This document shows, in pieces, positions 28,301-40,917 of a DNA stretch of 64,000 nt. The stretch comes from Balanoglossus misakiensis (taxonomy: Eukaryota > Animalia > Hemichordata): positions 310,001 through 374,000 of the forward strand of contig CM082586.2 of assembly GCA_040954595.2 (NCBI GenBank). Reading direction: 5' to 3'. Under the pieces are notes generated by a model. That model was not told the DNA's origin, made no database searches, and saw nothing but the letters and a program-made list of their open reading frames with translations. Made by a program: the position numbers and the translations under genes. The stretch's first letter is position 1, and every line of letters begins with the position of its first letter.

Positions 28301-31300
28301 ATGACCGTCTTTCTCATTGGGAAAGAAGGCATCTGGTGTCCAAATACGATTGACTTCGTGCAAAAAGATTGGTTCGGTGTCATTATGACACAAACGGCCA
28401 TCAGCCCAACGTTGACGCATGAAGATAGACACACCGTAGTCCTGGAATGCAAACAGATGCAACTATATAAATTCTACATATTACAATGTCTGTGGTTGAC
28501 CGTACACTTTGTAACAGCTGTATGTAAACCAAAAGTCTGGTGGAAGAGTTTGGTAGTTAATATTTCAAACTTGGTGGTACTCGTACTGTGTTTTTAATTA
28601 TGAGTTAATGACTTAAATGGGAATGTTGTATGCTCTGTACCCCCACGTAAATTGATGACTGATTTCTGCATGCAACTATTTAGGTCAGTCGAAAACGTAT
28701 GTCTTGACTTGATATGATAGGTAGTGTTAGCTGATGGGAATCCATTTTATTTTTAAGCCTTAATGGCGAGGTAATGGCATGACATTCCAGGTAATATTTC
28801 CAGATACTGCAAAGCCATTTGTTCCACTTTAGTCACCAACACTGATAATTGACATGGCAACGAGAACACGTGACAACGTCACAACAAATTCTTAGACATG
28901 ATTTACATTGTAAGAGTTACATTATGCGGTTTTATTTTACTTCCGTTCCCTTTAGCGTTGTGAAAGAAGCGCTTCGTTTATAGAAAATAGGAAATGACCA
29001 CAAGCACACAGTTGCGATGATGGCCGTCCTTAGAGGATGCCATCAATTTTCCGAAAATGGGAGCATGTCATTTCTGAAATATGATACCGCTGTGTACATG
29101 TAAAATGTACGTATAAAATTGGAGTAATATATCATATGGAATTCATTTTCAAAATGTTGGATGAGATTAAACAATGATTAGATCATCTTATGATTAGCCA
29201 CAAAATGAAGGATGAAAAGCCTACGACAAAACTCATACTCATTGGTTTTCTTCAATGAGTATAGCGATGCCATTTTAGCATCCTAAGTGAAGTTAAGCTT
29301 TTGTCTTAATGGAATTCCTGGAAGCCATCGATCACTTTTTAAGATAAGATGTTAAGATTGCAATAGAAAACAAATGTCAACTTTCTGCGTAAAGGACAGA
29401 CGATGTAATTAAATCACGTTCCAAAAATATCAACTGTTTGGTTACATCTGAATGAAATGGCTATTTTTCCTTCGAAAATTGCACGAAAAATTGTAGTTTA
29501 AGAAAACCCGTACTGTTTCATGCTTGCCAAGTATACGTCAAGTGCATGTACCACCTGAATGCCAATTGCATTCAAATTAAACATCTTGAACTTGGGCCAT
29601 TCGTTAATTGAGAGCGATGCGCAGGTGTTCTTAAATAATTTAGAATTAGAACGATTATAAGCAACCTCGCTGGGGGAAATAGTTGCAGATGGGATTCACT
29701 CACTATTGATTACTGATCTAACGATGCAACATTTCCCTTCAGACAATTCACGGGTTTGCGTGTTTGTGTCTACTGTGAAACATTATCCATTCTAAGATCG
29801 GCAGACCATTTTAGCAACTTACCATTGTTGCCTCAGTAATTGAATCAAAACTGTTGATGAAAATATCACATTTGACCTCTACAGGCGGGCCTGCAAGCAA
29901 AACAAAAGTCAAAATTATTGAATTTGATTTGAACTTTCACCAATTGAATGGTCCCGGTAGAATTCGATTAATCTGAATGTTTTCCATGTTTGTGAGTGAA
30001 GTGACCTGACTTACCCTTTGCCATGGGTCTGAAGCGTTTGTCATACCGGGATGGATTTAATAGATGGTTCAGTACATGAGACGTCTGCTCCCGTGTGGCA
30101 TTATCGCTGGAGTTGTTTATTTGCCTGCAGTGAAAACAATCCAAGGAGAAATTTGGAGATAAATCGGATCTTGGCCCTAATATGCAGTCGAACCTGTCTA
30201 TAGTGGCCAATCAGGTGACATTTATAGACAGGTCAATTAATGTGCATGTTAACTGAAAACAACAGGGCGCTTAAATAATCACCATTGAAGAAATGTTTAT
30301 TAGGTTAACATGGACGTGTGCCTGTTATACTAATAGCCTGCAGTTGTGATTTATATAGCGGCGGACAGACAGGTGACAGACTTCTGTGACCTGAATGCCC
30401 TCCCTCGAACCGAGGCCAAAATATACAGGCAAATAAAAAAGCCATGATATAAGATTTCATAGCAAACCCAGACAGAAACTGTGAATTATTTAGGCTCCAT
30501 TATGTAATGTCGGTGAGACCGACTGCAAAGATAAAGACGTGCTATCTGTGACAAGTTACTAACACGTTTCAGCATTTTAATGTTTTCACCAGCTCAGGAA
30601 CTATGAGAAAATACATCATAGGTTAAACATGCAAGTTTCAAACTTAGCCTGTACATTTTGTGCTGATACAGAAAGATTATGAGTTCGGAATATCAGTATG
30701 ACATGATTAATCAAATTAATTGATCACCAAAGCGCTCCACATGCATTTGTTAGGCATTGAATGCTATATGTGTTTGCGAGGGTTTTCTTTTGTATACCAG
30801 TACGCAGCTGTTGTTTTACCTTACTTTTTTAAAATTTTAAACACTAAAAACCACGATCCAGATTTATACTGCAACAGTTTCTTTGTGCCTCTCGAAGCTT
30901 AAATCGATGATCGATAATCATTTAGAATGAAACTATTTCTCGCACTTGTGTCATCCTGCACATATAAATAAAATGATGTTAAATAAAATGCACATAAAGA
31001 AATTGCCAATTTAATTAAATTATGTAACTTACAGTGGTAAAATTACCCGTACATTTAAAATCGATTAAATAACCAAACTAAATGTAAAGCGATTCCACGA
31101 ATGTATTATCTGTTATTATGAACAATGTGAAATGTTATATTAATGGCCAAATAGACTATCTAGTTACTAAAATAAAGGAATTTCAGTTGTTTATCACGCC
31201 AAAGTATATTCCACAGAAAGTTTGATTTGAAAACAGGAATCTTTTTCTTGGTTTGTGAGGGAATTACACAAGGTTGACGTACAGCAGACAGAGTTTTTAA

Positions 31301-33204
31301 ATTTGTGACTTCTAAGTCGAGACAACTTTGACATATTTTTCAGTTTGAGAGATTACAATCTCGCCAAACATGAAAACTATCTCTACATTTATCAGCAGTA
31401 GTGCACTCGGACTCACAACCGACGTTACTGAGTCAACATGAAATGTTCAAACACGGCATTCTTTGGCTATCATGTCTGATGTTATCAAATATAATTATGA
31501 AATTTTACCTCTGAAAACGTTGGCAGTATGATTACGCAGAGGACCTTACATGGCCTCCTGGATGTGTGAATTGCAAATAACACCACACGACAAACCGCGC
31601 CGCATTACATTTGTTGCCATAGTTACCCATGGTTTCTACGAATATATTGTGTCCTGTTCAACGTGTTTTGCGCGGATATAACAATAAGCCGCATTTTGTC
31701 ACGAGACATTCTATCTTTACATCATAATCATCACATTTTAAAATAGATAATTATACTCATTGTTTTATTATTTAACATTGCCTGTTACATATAACATAGC
31801 ACAACACAACATAGTATAAAACATTACATAACATTTAATGATATTTCATGTTTTGATGAGAAGCCCTAAAAGTTCAAGTGAACCTTGCCGAAGATTTCAA
31901 GTCGTCATCATTGACGACTTGTTTGTCAATTACGTCAAATTATAGGAGTGTGAAATGCAGAATGCACGTTAAATTCCGTATTGAATCGATCGCATAACTC
32001 AATAATGATTTGTATATGTCCAAACACAAGAGGCGATAAAACATTATCTGGGATAGCCTGCAGCCTCCACTTCTATGAATAGCTAATAGAGACTTCGACA
32101 TTGCATGTAAAGGCATTTGACAACTAGAACCACCGGACACATTCCATCAAATCAACCAAGCTGTGGCTTCAGATGCAACGAGGCTCAACTGAAGATTCGC
32201 CCTTCAGTATGTGTATATCATATTACAATTCTCAGGTGTCATAGCGCAAGGGAGAAAGTGCCAGTAACTCCTACAAATCTTCCCGTCGTGCACTGATTAA
32301 GCTAAACGAATTGATTTAATCTCAGTGTGATAACGCCGCTAGTTTATGAGGCTGCTCGTTTTGATTAAACTGTGAAGGAACGACGACGCATGACAACGGT
32401 TGTCTAATGGCTGACCTCGTTGTCACGCAGAACTGGTTTCATGCAAAATATGTTCATTTGTACACGGCTGTTTACATACAGACCTTTTCACAAGGTCGGG
32501 CGTAACCTTTCCACCCACCAGATGTCAACACCTTTGAATTCATTCACTTTCACTGTCCTATATACGGTAGCAATATCAATGTTATTATGTTTAAGTGCGT
32601 ACAATATACCTTCATAGTAAATTGAAGTAAGCATATGGGTTTACATACTCTGTCGACAAACTGACGCAGGAAAACACCTTTGCCCGAACTCAAGCACGCA
32701 TATTTTCCGATATGTCTAATGTACTGATCAGTCAATGTTATTCTCTTTTGTCCGTACATTTTCACGGTCCAACAGAAGAGGCTTATTTGTGTGTTAAATG
32801 GGGTATAAATAGTGAGAGTTAAAGGCTGTAGACGAGAATGACGATTCATTCAGCATTACAGATATGTTTATCTGGACAATACTTTGTTGATGAGCTTTGA
32901 GAAGTCAAAGTATAGGTAAAGATTTGACACATTGCCAGTCAGTGTCAATGTCTTCCATAGGTGAAAACTCTGCGATACTATGTTATACTTGAGAATAATT
33001 AAATTAAGTTAAATTACACCAAAGTTTATTAAATCGAAGTGAAACTCTATCGGCATGCGAGAATGGCTTATAAGTTCTAACAAGCACTTACCCATTCGTT
33101 GGTGTTATATGTAAAATTACCACTGAAAACGCCGCCGTACAAATCAAACCTACAGCCAGCATCGAAGACATTGTTGGACACTGGCTGACTATCGCCGACA
33201 ACAT
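25363..33204 (-). CDS. Glycine receptor alpha-like Cys-loop ligand-gated chloride channel subunit, paralog C, 9 coding exons
   Basis: Exons 33092-33204 (probable signal-peptide exon, phase 2 as in A and B; exact ATG uncertain), 30015-30124 ([11 protein letters not shown]), 29823-29890 ([22 protein letters not shown]), 28230-28441, 28031-28113 (Cys-loop [15 protein letters not shown]), 27729-27863, 26822-27051 ([27 protein letters not shown]), 25846-26013, 25363-25587 ([10 protein letters not shown]). Confidence 0.93.
30185..30233. mobile_element. Possible pogo/Tigger-type MITE relic
   Basis: CAGTCGAACCTGTCTATAGTGGCCA start and an 11-bp inverted pair ACCTGTCTATA/TATAGACAGGT. No clear partner terminus. 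Confidence 0.35.
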
Positions 33205-35601
33205 AGATTTAGACGTAAGACGAGTAGCCCTCAAACATGGCGGTGTGTTTTAAACCGTATGTGCCCACACCCGTTTCTGGTAGCTAGTATTGTTGAACTA
33301 CCTCGGCAGCGTTGCAGACCTCACAGATTCGCCTGGATTTCTGAATATTTCACGATCACAGTAACACTATTAACCGTGCGAATAGACCATTTCATTGCTA
33401 GATATAGGTATGCATCACTTTGAGTCGAAAGTGAACTCCCTAGCCACGTGCAAACATTCAATGAAGCCACGTAACATAACAGAAATACTGGCCATGACTT
33501 GATGTTATGTATGCAAGTCAGGTTTTAACACTAATTGACCCACCTGTACAACTACGGAGAGGGGATATCTATCATATCAGAGTCTCACATTAGTAGGCAA
33601 ATTTCAATTATCAAATTTCTCCCCAATTTAATCATCCGTTTCGCTCCTAGAGTTCGATCAGCTTCGATGTGTGACCGTTACACGGGCGAATACACATCGC
33701 GTCTCCACAGCTAATTTGCCCGAAGCCTATGATAGCCGATATTCTCATGGGAAAGTTATAGATTAAATGCATATCTTTGTTTTACGAGAGAATTTTGAAT
33801 CACAATTCCGCTGGGATGATAACAAATGTCTCCACGTCTCCGGCTCAAATTATATCATCAAATAAAACTTAAAATCAAAAGAAAAATCTATCTAAGAAAT
33901 GGAATGGAATGCAGGACATGAAAATAGACAATCATTCGAATGCACCTGTCTCTAGCCTCGTCAAATTCTCACAATTCACGAACTGCAAACAGCTGAAGTT
34001 GTGTAAATGTGAGGATTGATTGAAAACAAGTTGAGGGTCTGACACAGAAGGAATTTAGTGGAGCGAAGTATAGTATTTTTAGGCAGTGTACAGTAGCTTT
34101 TGGTCTATTATAATAACGAAGACTGTAACGTCAGTCGGCAAAACATCTGGCGTAATGTTTTCTGTGGACAACCAATCAAATAAACCAAAGAAATCAGGTC
34201 ATTGATTGTATATGATGGACGACCGGAAGCTGTAAATGCATATTCTAAATAATCTTTAATATCGAAAGCAATAACGTACTATTTATATAAGAATAATCAT
34301 ATTCCTTATTCCACTACCCGTGATTGATGGAGATTTCTAATGAATAAAACGGAATTAGGACCTACGTGCTAAATGAACTCTAGACAGAAAAACGAAGTGC
34401 AGTCTCCATGTAGTCTCCCTCGTGATAACGACCACAATGCAACGCTCATCTGATTTCATTAATGGTAAATCATTTCAATACACTCTGACCTAACCAAGCT
34501 GCGACAGACCACTTTATTAAGACTAACCATGACATAGAGAAACCCTTGCCCTTGATTCGATTTCTAGAGAATGTTTCCTGCATCAACTTTAATTAAAATC
34601 ATGCGATATAACCATACCATTAAATAAATCGAAAACGTTCAGTTCTCTAATTTGCTTTTCTAGTAAATCAAGCAGAGAAAGAGGAAGCGCGTTGGTTTGC
34701 CTATACTCGCCAAATGAAACCCTAATTTCTTTGAAAATCCCTACATTCAGGTAGCTATAATATGGCGGACAATAGTTAATGTTTTGACTCCGGGACGAGT
34801 CTTATGTGCGCGAAAGTTCCATTTGTATGTAAACCATTCTGGCCGCATATTGATTCTGCTGTCACGTGATTCATTCAATTCTCATCACTCAGACATGTGC
34901 CACTTGTGATTGCAGACACTGTTACAGCCAGATTTTCCGATAGCCAGACTCACGCTTCCCTCACGAAAGAGACGTGATCTTATAAATAAAGGTCGATTCT
35001 ATACCTGATCCATTAAAAGACGAGTTTCATACATAGATGGTTAGATTCATGATTTATCATGGTCTGGCTCAAATCTGACAACATCGGAATGTGCCACAAA
35101 TATCCCTCGACGCTGGTACATAGCAATTACATTGTGTGGTTGAAATATATATTTATAACGCCAGAGACAGTTAAAGCAAAAACAAGCTCGGGGTTGGTAA
35201 GATCTACACAAATGTGCCTTTGAAATTACTTCCAAAAAAAATACGTTCAAATAAAACGAATAGTTGATAAGGTAACACATCATGTACAAAAACAAATATA
35301 AAATAAATATATATCCAATATGGTTTTTATCCGAACAAAATGAGGAATTATTTCCGGATGAAAAAATCATAAGGAATGGCAGTTGACTCGACAAACTTTC
35401 ATTTTCGCCGTAAGCCTATCAAATAAAAGCCAAGAAAAATCTAGAAACCTAGTAATATTCCACAGTACCATATAGTCATTTGAAAGCTAAATGGAGAAAG
35501 CATGCCACGAATAACATTTGAAATCCATGCTGGTAATAATAGTCTTGAACGCCCTCAATGTGGACGAACTGTGGTTTAGGCTCCTTGAGGCCGCTACCTT
35601 C

Positions 35602-37511
35602 TCAGGCGTGTGACTCTACAGCATTCAACGGGATTGTTACCATTGTCGACTGCTGAGTTCCTTTCTTGGTCGGAATGTAGAAGACGCCGTCAGATTGGTT
35701 TGATCTTCTTGCAACGTTTAGAACCCTACCATCGACGGACACGGCTGGGATCATGTAGATCTGGAATAGGATCCGAGATAGAAAAAATTCAATATTACCC
35801 TATGTTGGCGGCGCACATGTGATGGATGCGTGCTCTTTGAGCTTTCTGAACGATTCTAAAATTGGATTGTGGTTTCACCGCAAGCCCTTTAAGCAGTGCA
35901 AAATAACTAAACAATGTTATCGTTGTTGTTGTTTCATATGCGATTCAATAATATTTCCTTTGGTGTATATCTTTCTTACCGGGGCTCGCTGTGGTTGTCT
36001 GGGTAACAGGGGTTGTTGAAGTGCCTTGGCACAAGTCGAGGTTGACGCAATTGCCACAAAAAACTCGATGGTCGCGAGGCAGGCGATGATACCGTCAACA
36101 GCCTTACGTGATTGGATACTAGATGGTGTAACTCCATAATCGTCCTGTGCAAAAAAGTAAAACAATTGTCATGCGCACTGCAATGTTTTTGTGCAGCACA
36201 AACTCTTTACCACGGGATCGTAATTTATCTCTCTGATATCATCAAGTTTCTTAGATAGGCATGTTCATGCATAGCCGTGGTTCTTACCGAAAAATCGGCA
36301 ATGACGTCACTTCTTACCTCATCTCCATACGCGGGTAAGTTTTCCTCTGTAAAGAAACTATACACTCCGTGAACTGTGAGAATTAATGCGCCGGCGATGG
36401 CAATGGCTGACGTCACCAAAAATCCAATCACCTGGGGGAAGTAGTATGAGAGGAACAGTTATTCAAAAGTATTAAAATTCCTGGTACCGAACAGAATTGT
36501 GGACTCTGATGTTGTGTATGTAATAAGGATACTCAATATTGGAGACTTACAATGCACTGATCCTTCTTTTTGGAGGCAACGATTCCTGAAACTCCTGTCG
36601 CCATGAACTGAAATAAATAACAAAAGAGTGATAAGAACACAGTTGCTTTATCTTGTGGCGAATGTCTGATATAGCTGTCATGTTTCGAAAGGAAGCATGA
36701 CGTCATCCTATGCGTTAGCCCACGTGACCAAACTGTCAGACAGACCAACGACCTGATCGAGTTTTTTCCAGTTTTTCTGTTCAAACGATTTCTTCAACAT
36801 CGATTTTTCTGGGACACGGCTTGGTGATACATCGATAATGTAGCCGACGTTAGGTTTAGTTGGAAAAAAGATTTTCCAAAAACACCCTGACTCCGTAAAA
36901 GGGTACTTGATAAACTGCCACTTGTTGCTGTGTACCGTTTCAAGAATCCTATCACAAGAAAAAACACGAGACCTTTCCTCTGTTGCAGAGCTTGTCCAAT
37001 CAGACATATTAAATGTTTTATGTATTCTATAGAAATTTTAACTAAAGCTAAAATGATCGTTTTTGCATCATTAACACACAGTTTTATCATGGACACAATT
37101 TTCAGGTATCAGTGGTTTTAGTTAGAAGCACTTTGAAAATGAAAGAGACAGAGAATAGCGAGAGAGATAGTCAGACAGACTTGACACTGGCAGGCAGACA
37201 GGCAGAGACAGAGAGAGAGACAGAGCGTGATAGAAACTAAGCGGACTTACAAAGGCGCCACACCAAGCAGGTGTACCCAGGAAGAACAACTGGCAACCAA
37301 GAAACATGGACACTACGGCAAGTCCGAGAAAACAGGTGCCCAGTAGAATATGAGCAATGGCAAGTCCGAGTGTCCAAGATTCGTTGACATTGACCACAAA
37401 TAACCGTCTTTGTTGCTTTGGAGCCATCGGTTGCAGTTGTAGTCCATGTTGTTGTTCGTCCTCTTCGAGAGGCGTTATTAACGGTGCGTCATCTGAGATA
37501 CGAACGGCCAT
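35602..37511 (-). CDS. MS4A/CD20-like four-transmembrane protein, 5 coding exons
   Basis: Exons 37251-37511, 36551-36607, 36288-36431, 35980-36144, 35602-35760 join in frame. Motifs LAIAHILLG, GTPAWCGAF-FMATGVSGIVA, LATIEFFVAIASTSTC match the CD20/MS4A pattern (GxPxWxG..F..SG; LE..I....C). Confidence 0.8.
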
Positions 37512-38048
37512 TTTGAATTTCACTCCAACGTAGAACTTTGGTCGTGAATTATGTTTTCAACAGGTAACTGGAAGCCTTGAGATCCTCCGTCAAAAATTCT
37601 AGCCTACAGGATGAGTTCAGACGTTGTTTGTGTCGATCATAAATGATCAAATTGAGGCTGGACTGAGGCTTATAAGCCTACGTAATCGCAATACTTATGT
37701 CCAAATATGGGAGAGAGAAATAATAGATAACTGTTGGGGTTGGGTTGTTTAGTTAATAATCAACCAATATTTATAACTCAATAACTCTAGTAACCTTGAC
37801 GTGAATTGAACTCGTGGCTTTCGTCGAGGCCTTTCTGAATCAATAAAATAATCACTACTGATTTTATCTCTTGTTAAGCTCTATAAAAAAACTAATCAAA
37901 ACTCCTAATAAAGTGTGCAAAGGAAAACCACAGTGTTACAAGATACATCAATGATTTTCTAGTAATATTTGACACCGAACGCAAAAACTGTCTGGTCTTC
38001 ACTTACTGGAGTTGAGAGCCACAAACAAGCAAACAGCAAGATGGCGGC
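37512..38048. promoter_or_regulatory. Probable bidirectional promoter between MS4A-like and CCDC43
   Basis: Divergent ATGs 530 bp apart. The CCDC43 ATG lies in CAAGATGGCGGC (TISU/YY1 consensus) and the MS4A-like ATG lies in CAAAATGGCCG. Confidence 0.55.
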
Positions 38049-39693
38049 TGCCGTCGATGGGAACAGCTCGTTCGACGTCTGGCTTTCAGAAAAGTTATCG
38101 CAATTAAATATCGACCAGGAAGTCTTTGGATCTTACATAACGGGTATTTTGGAGACAGATGATTCGAGTTACGAAGATAAAACAGAAGATCTGATCGGCT
38201 TTTTCTCTGAAATAACGGTAAAGTTGGTGACTGCGTGGTCCGCCACATGTCCATTGATTTGCGTTTGTCAACATCGCGAACATGTTTCGCGAGTTTCGCT
38301 GGGCTACAGATTGTAGTCTAAAACATATATTCCCTGCATCAATTTCTACGCCTCTCCGTGTTACCATCAAGTTACCCTGTCTGTCCGCGAAGTATTGTTG
38401 TAATGTGCCGTGAATCTAAGGTAGTATCTATCGATGCATTGAATGATGATGAGGATGTATGATGATAATGGGTCTTCAGTAAAGTTCAAAGGTCAATCGA
38501 CCGAACCTTTTTCGTCGGTGTATTCGTATTCTTATTTGTCCATATATTTCTATTTTCAGGAAGATGGGGTGGAAGACACTTGTCAGGAAATCATATCAAA
38601 ATGGGCTGAAACTCAAAAAGAGAAAATCCAAGAAGCCGAAAGAATGAAAGCAGAAGGTAGAGTTTGTGCTCTGTCTGTTGATAATCAGAATGGTTGCAGG
38701 AGATGATTTTTCCTTTTGAATATTGATGCACTGGTGCTATATATGTTCATGATCAGCACTTTTAGTTTTGCACACTATAATGAAAACTGTCTGCTTCACT
38801 CGATACACACCAGATAATGTAGTTTGTGTACAATTCATCTGATTTCACTACGACTACAATTGACTTCCAGAGAAAGCAGCAAATGACCAGGCAGTGGCAG
38901 ACCTGATGGAGAAACATGCAGCAAGTGTTGTGAAGAAAGAAATGACAGATGAAGAAAAGAAAAGAAAGGCAGCACTACTCAGGCAGTATGGAGATGTTTC
39001 AGATGAAGAGAATGAATATCCTTACATTATGAAGGTTTTACAATGGATGAATCAAAGAGTTTGCTTTGAAAAGTATTTGCTTATAAAAATTAATTCATAA
39101 CAACATGCTGATTTTTCAGAATATATAATATGCGTGATACTTTGTAGCAAAACATTTTTGATGGAACTATGTTTTGTCATTTCTATTGTTGCTGTTCCTT
39201 AACATGATCTCACTGATGGATATTTAGATAATGGAGATGCAGCCGTTTCCAGCACAGATAATTGTATCCTTTATGTCATGCTACTAGTATTGTAAATTAG
39301 TATCAGTGTAAATAGAGTTTGGTACTGAATCTGGACCAGATGTACACCACAGACAAAAGCTGTCATGGCAGGATGAATCCAAATCGATCTTGTATACTAC
39401 TATACGTGATACCAAACTGTTGGGAATTTACCAAATTGTACAACTGAATTTTCACCTCAGTGTCAAATTATTCATGACTATTCCCTGACCAAGAATCTGC
39501 AGTCTCTGCCTTCAAGAACACCAATGTACAAGATGTAATGAGTAAAGAAAAGGCAAAGCGAGATAAATCCAAACAAGATTCTGAAAAGAAGAAGGAGAGA
39601 GACAAATTACAACGAGAAAAAGACAAACAGAAAGCGTTGGACAGAAAAGAGAAGGAGAAGAAACGGACACAGAAACAAGAAAGAAGAAGATAG
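38041..39693 (+). CDS. CCDC43: Coiled-coil domain-containing protein 43, 5 coding exons
   Basis: Exons 38041-38217, 38560-38656, 38871-39015, 39214-39263, 39503-39693. N-terminus [28 protein letters not shown], central [18 protein letters not shown]-terminus FKNTNVQDV...[15 protein letters not shown] closely resemble vertebrate CCDC43. Confidence 0.93.
39016..39213 (+). other. U12-type (minor spliceosome) AT-AC intron, CCDC43 intron 3
   Basis: 5' splice site ATATCCTT at 39016, branch site TTCCTTAAC at 39195-39203, AC terminus at 39212-39213. Splicing restores the reading frame. Confidence 0.92.
39264..39502 (+). other. U12-type GT-AG intron, CCDC43 intron 4
   Basis: 5' splice site GTATCCTTT at 39264, branch-like TTCCCTGAC at 39481-39489, CAG 13 nt downstream, no polypyrimidine tract. 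Splicing restores the reading frame. Confidence 0.88.
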
Positions 39694-40917
39694 CATGGCA
39701 TCTCAGGTTTATTAGAAAAGAAGGGAGCTAGGAGAGACTGGTGATACCGGTAGGTCCAAATTTCTGAGGGACATTTTTGCAATGAACAGAAACTTATTTA
39801 TTTTTCTACAGAAAGCAACAAGTTCTGGAATTGAAATTAAAGAAACTCATGAAATATTAGCTTGTCATATGGGGGGAACATTCTCCATAAATCATCCAGA
39901 ACTCTTCGTTCAATTGTTCTGACTCAACTTTGTGAAAGCAAAGTGAAAGGTTTTTGGAAAAGGAAGTTTATACCTGAAGATGTCACAGTCAATACAACGT
40001 ATCCATGTAGTTTCTTAGTGTGTGGTTGGACCCATGTAGATGATGATGAGGGAGAAGGCGCACTAAAATCTAAATTGCTTTCTTGGTTTTAATTTCAAAA
40101 TATATCTAACATGCCTGTTTTCCTTGTGTTATGTTTTCATTTCATCATGCAGTGCTCTTTTTACGCCAGAGTATAGAATTCCTTCCATTTATCCCTTTTG
40201 TATTAGTTTTGAATTATGCTATGCCATTTCTAGTTAAATAATGTAAATATATCAAATAGTTATGTTATTCTATGTAAATTAGTTGAAATTCCGATCTTTC
40301 TGTCATGACATTCTGGTAAACATAGTGTGTGCAGAATGGCTGATGCACTAATGACAAAATCATGTGGCTGATTTGATAAAATAAACAAGTTATGATATTT
40401 CAGCTTATTTGTGAATTTATTTTTGTCAGACCCACACACGTTACTCGGGGTAGTTCCCAGAGATAGTCCTAGTTACCAAATGAGAGGAACATGTACTACT
40501 AGAACTACTAATATTTGGTGAGGCTGAGCAAAAAAATGTCTGATGTAAAGCCAAGCTGCCCTAATTTTCACTTGCACTCTTAACTTTCTAGAGACAATTA
40601 AATGCTGGAAGAAAACCAAAAGTGTAATTTTATGGCAAAAACAGTTACGCAAAAGTTTTCGAAAAGGCTAAAAAACACGACCCCTCTCGCACACTAACGT
40701 GTCGAACGTCCGTCTCGGGAGACTTGACGATACCTTTGTTTTATCATTTTTACCACAGAGGGCGTTCTTCAAAATGGCTGCGCCCATGATAGTATGAGCG
40801 AAATGTCGCTCAGAATTCTTGGCATATTTTAGAGGAATTTAGCCGTTTTATTTTCACATTCCATTGTTAGAATATGTGATTCGTCATTCAGAGATGTGTT
40901 TAAAGTGAAGCGATAAG

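Noticed and set aside
31509-31630. Alternative first coding exon for GlyR-like C
   Set aside because: Candidate frames lack a hydrophobic signal peptide or have the wrong phase. Exon 33092-33204 fits better.
1903-35394. Numerous 60-130 aa ORFs in introns, intergenic DNA or antisense to exons
   Set aside because: No domain motifs, often non-ATG starts, and lengths expected by chance or as shadows of real exons.
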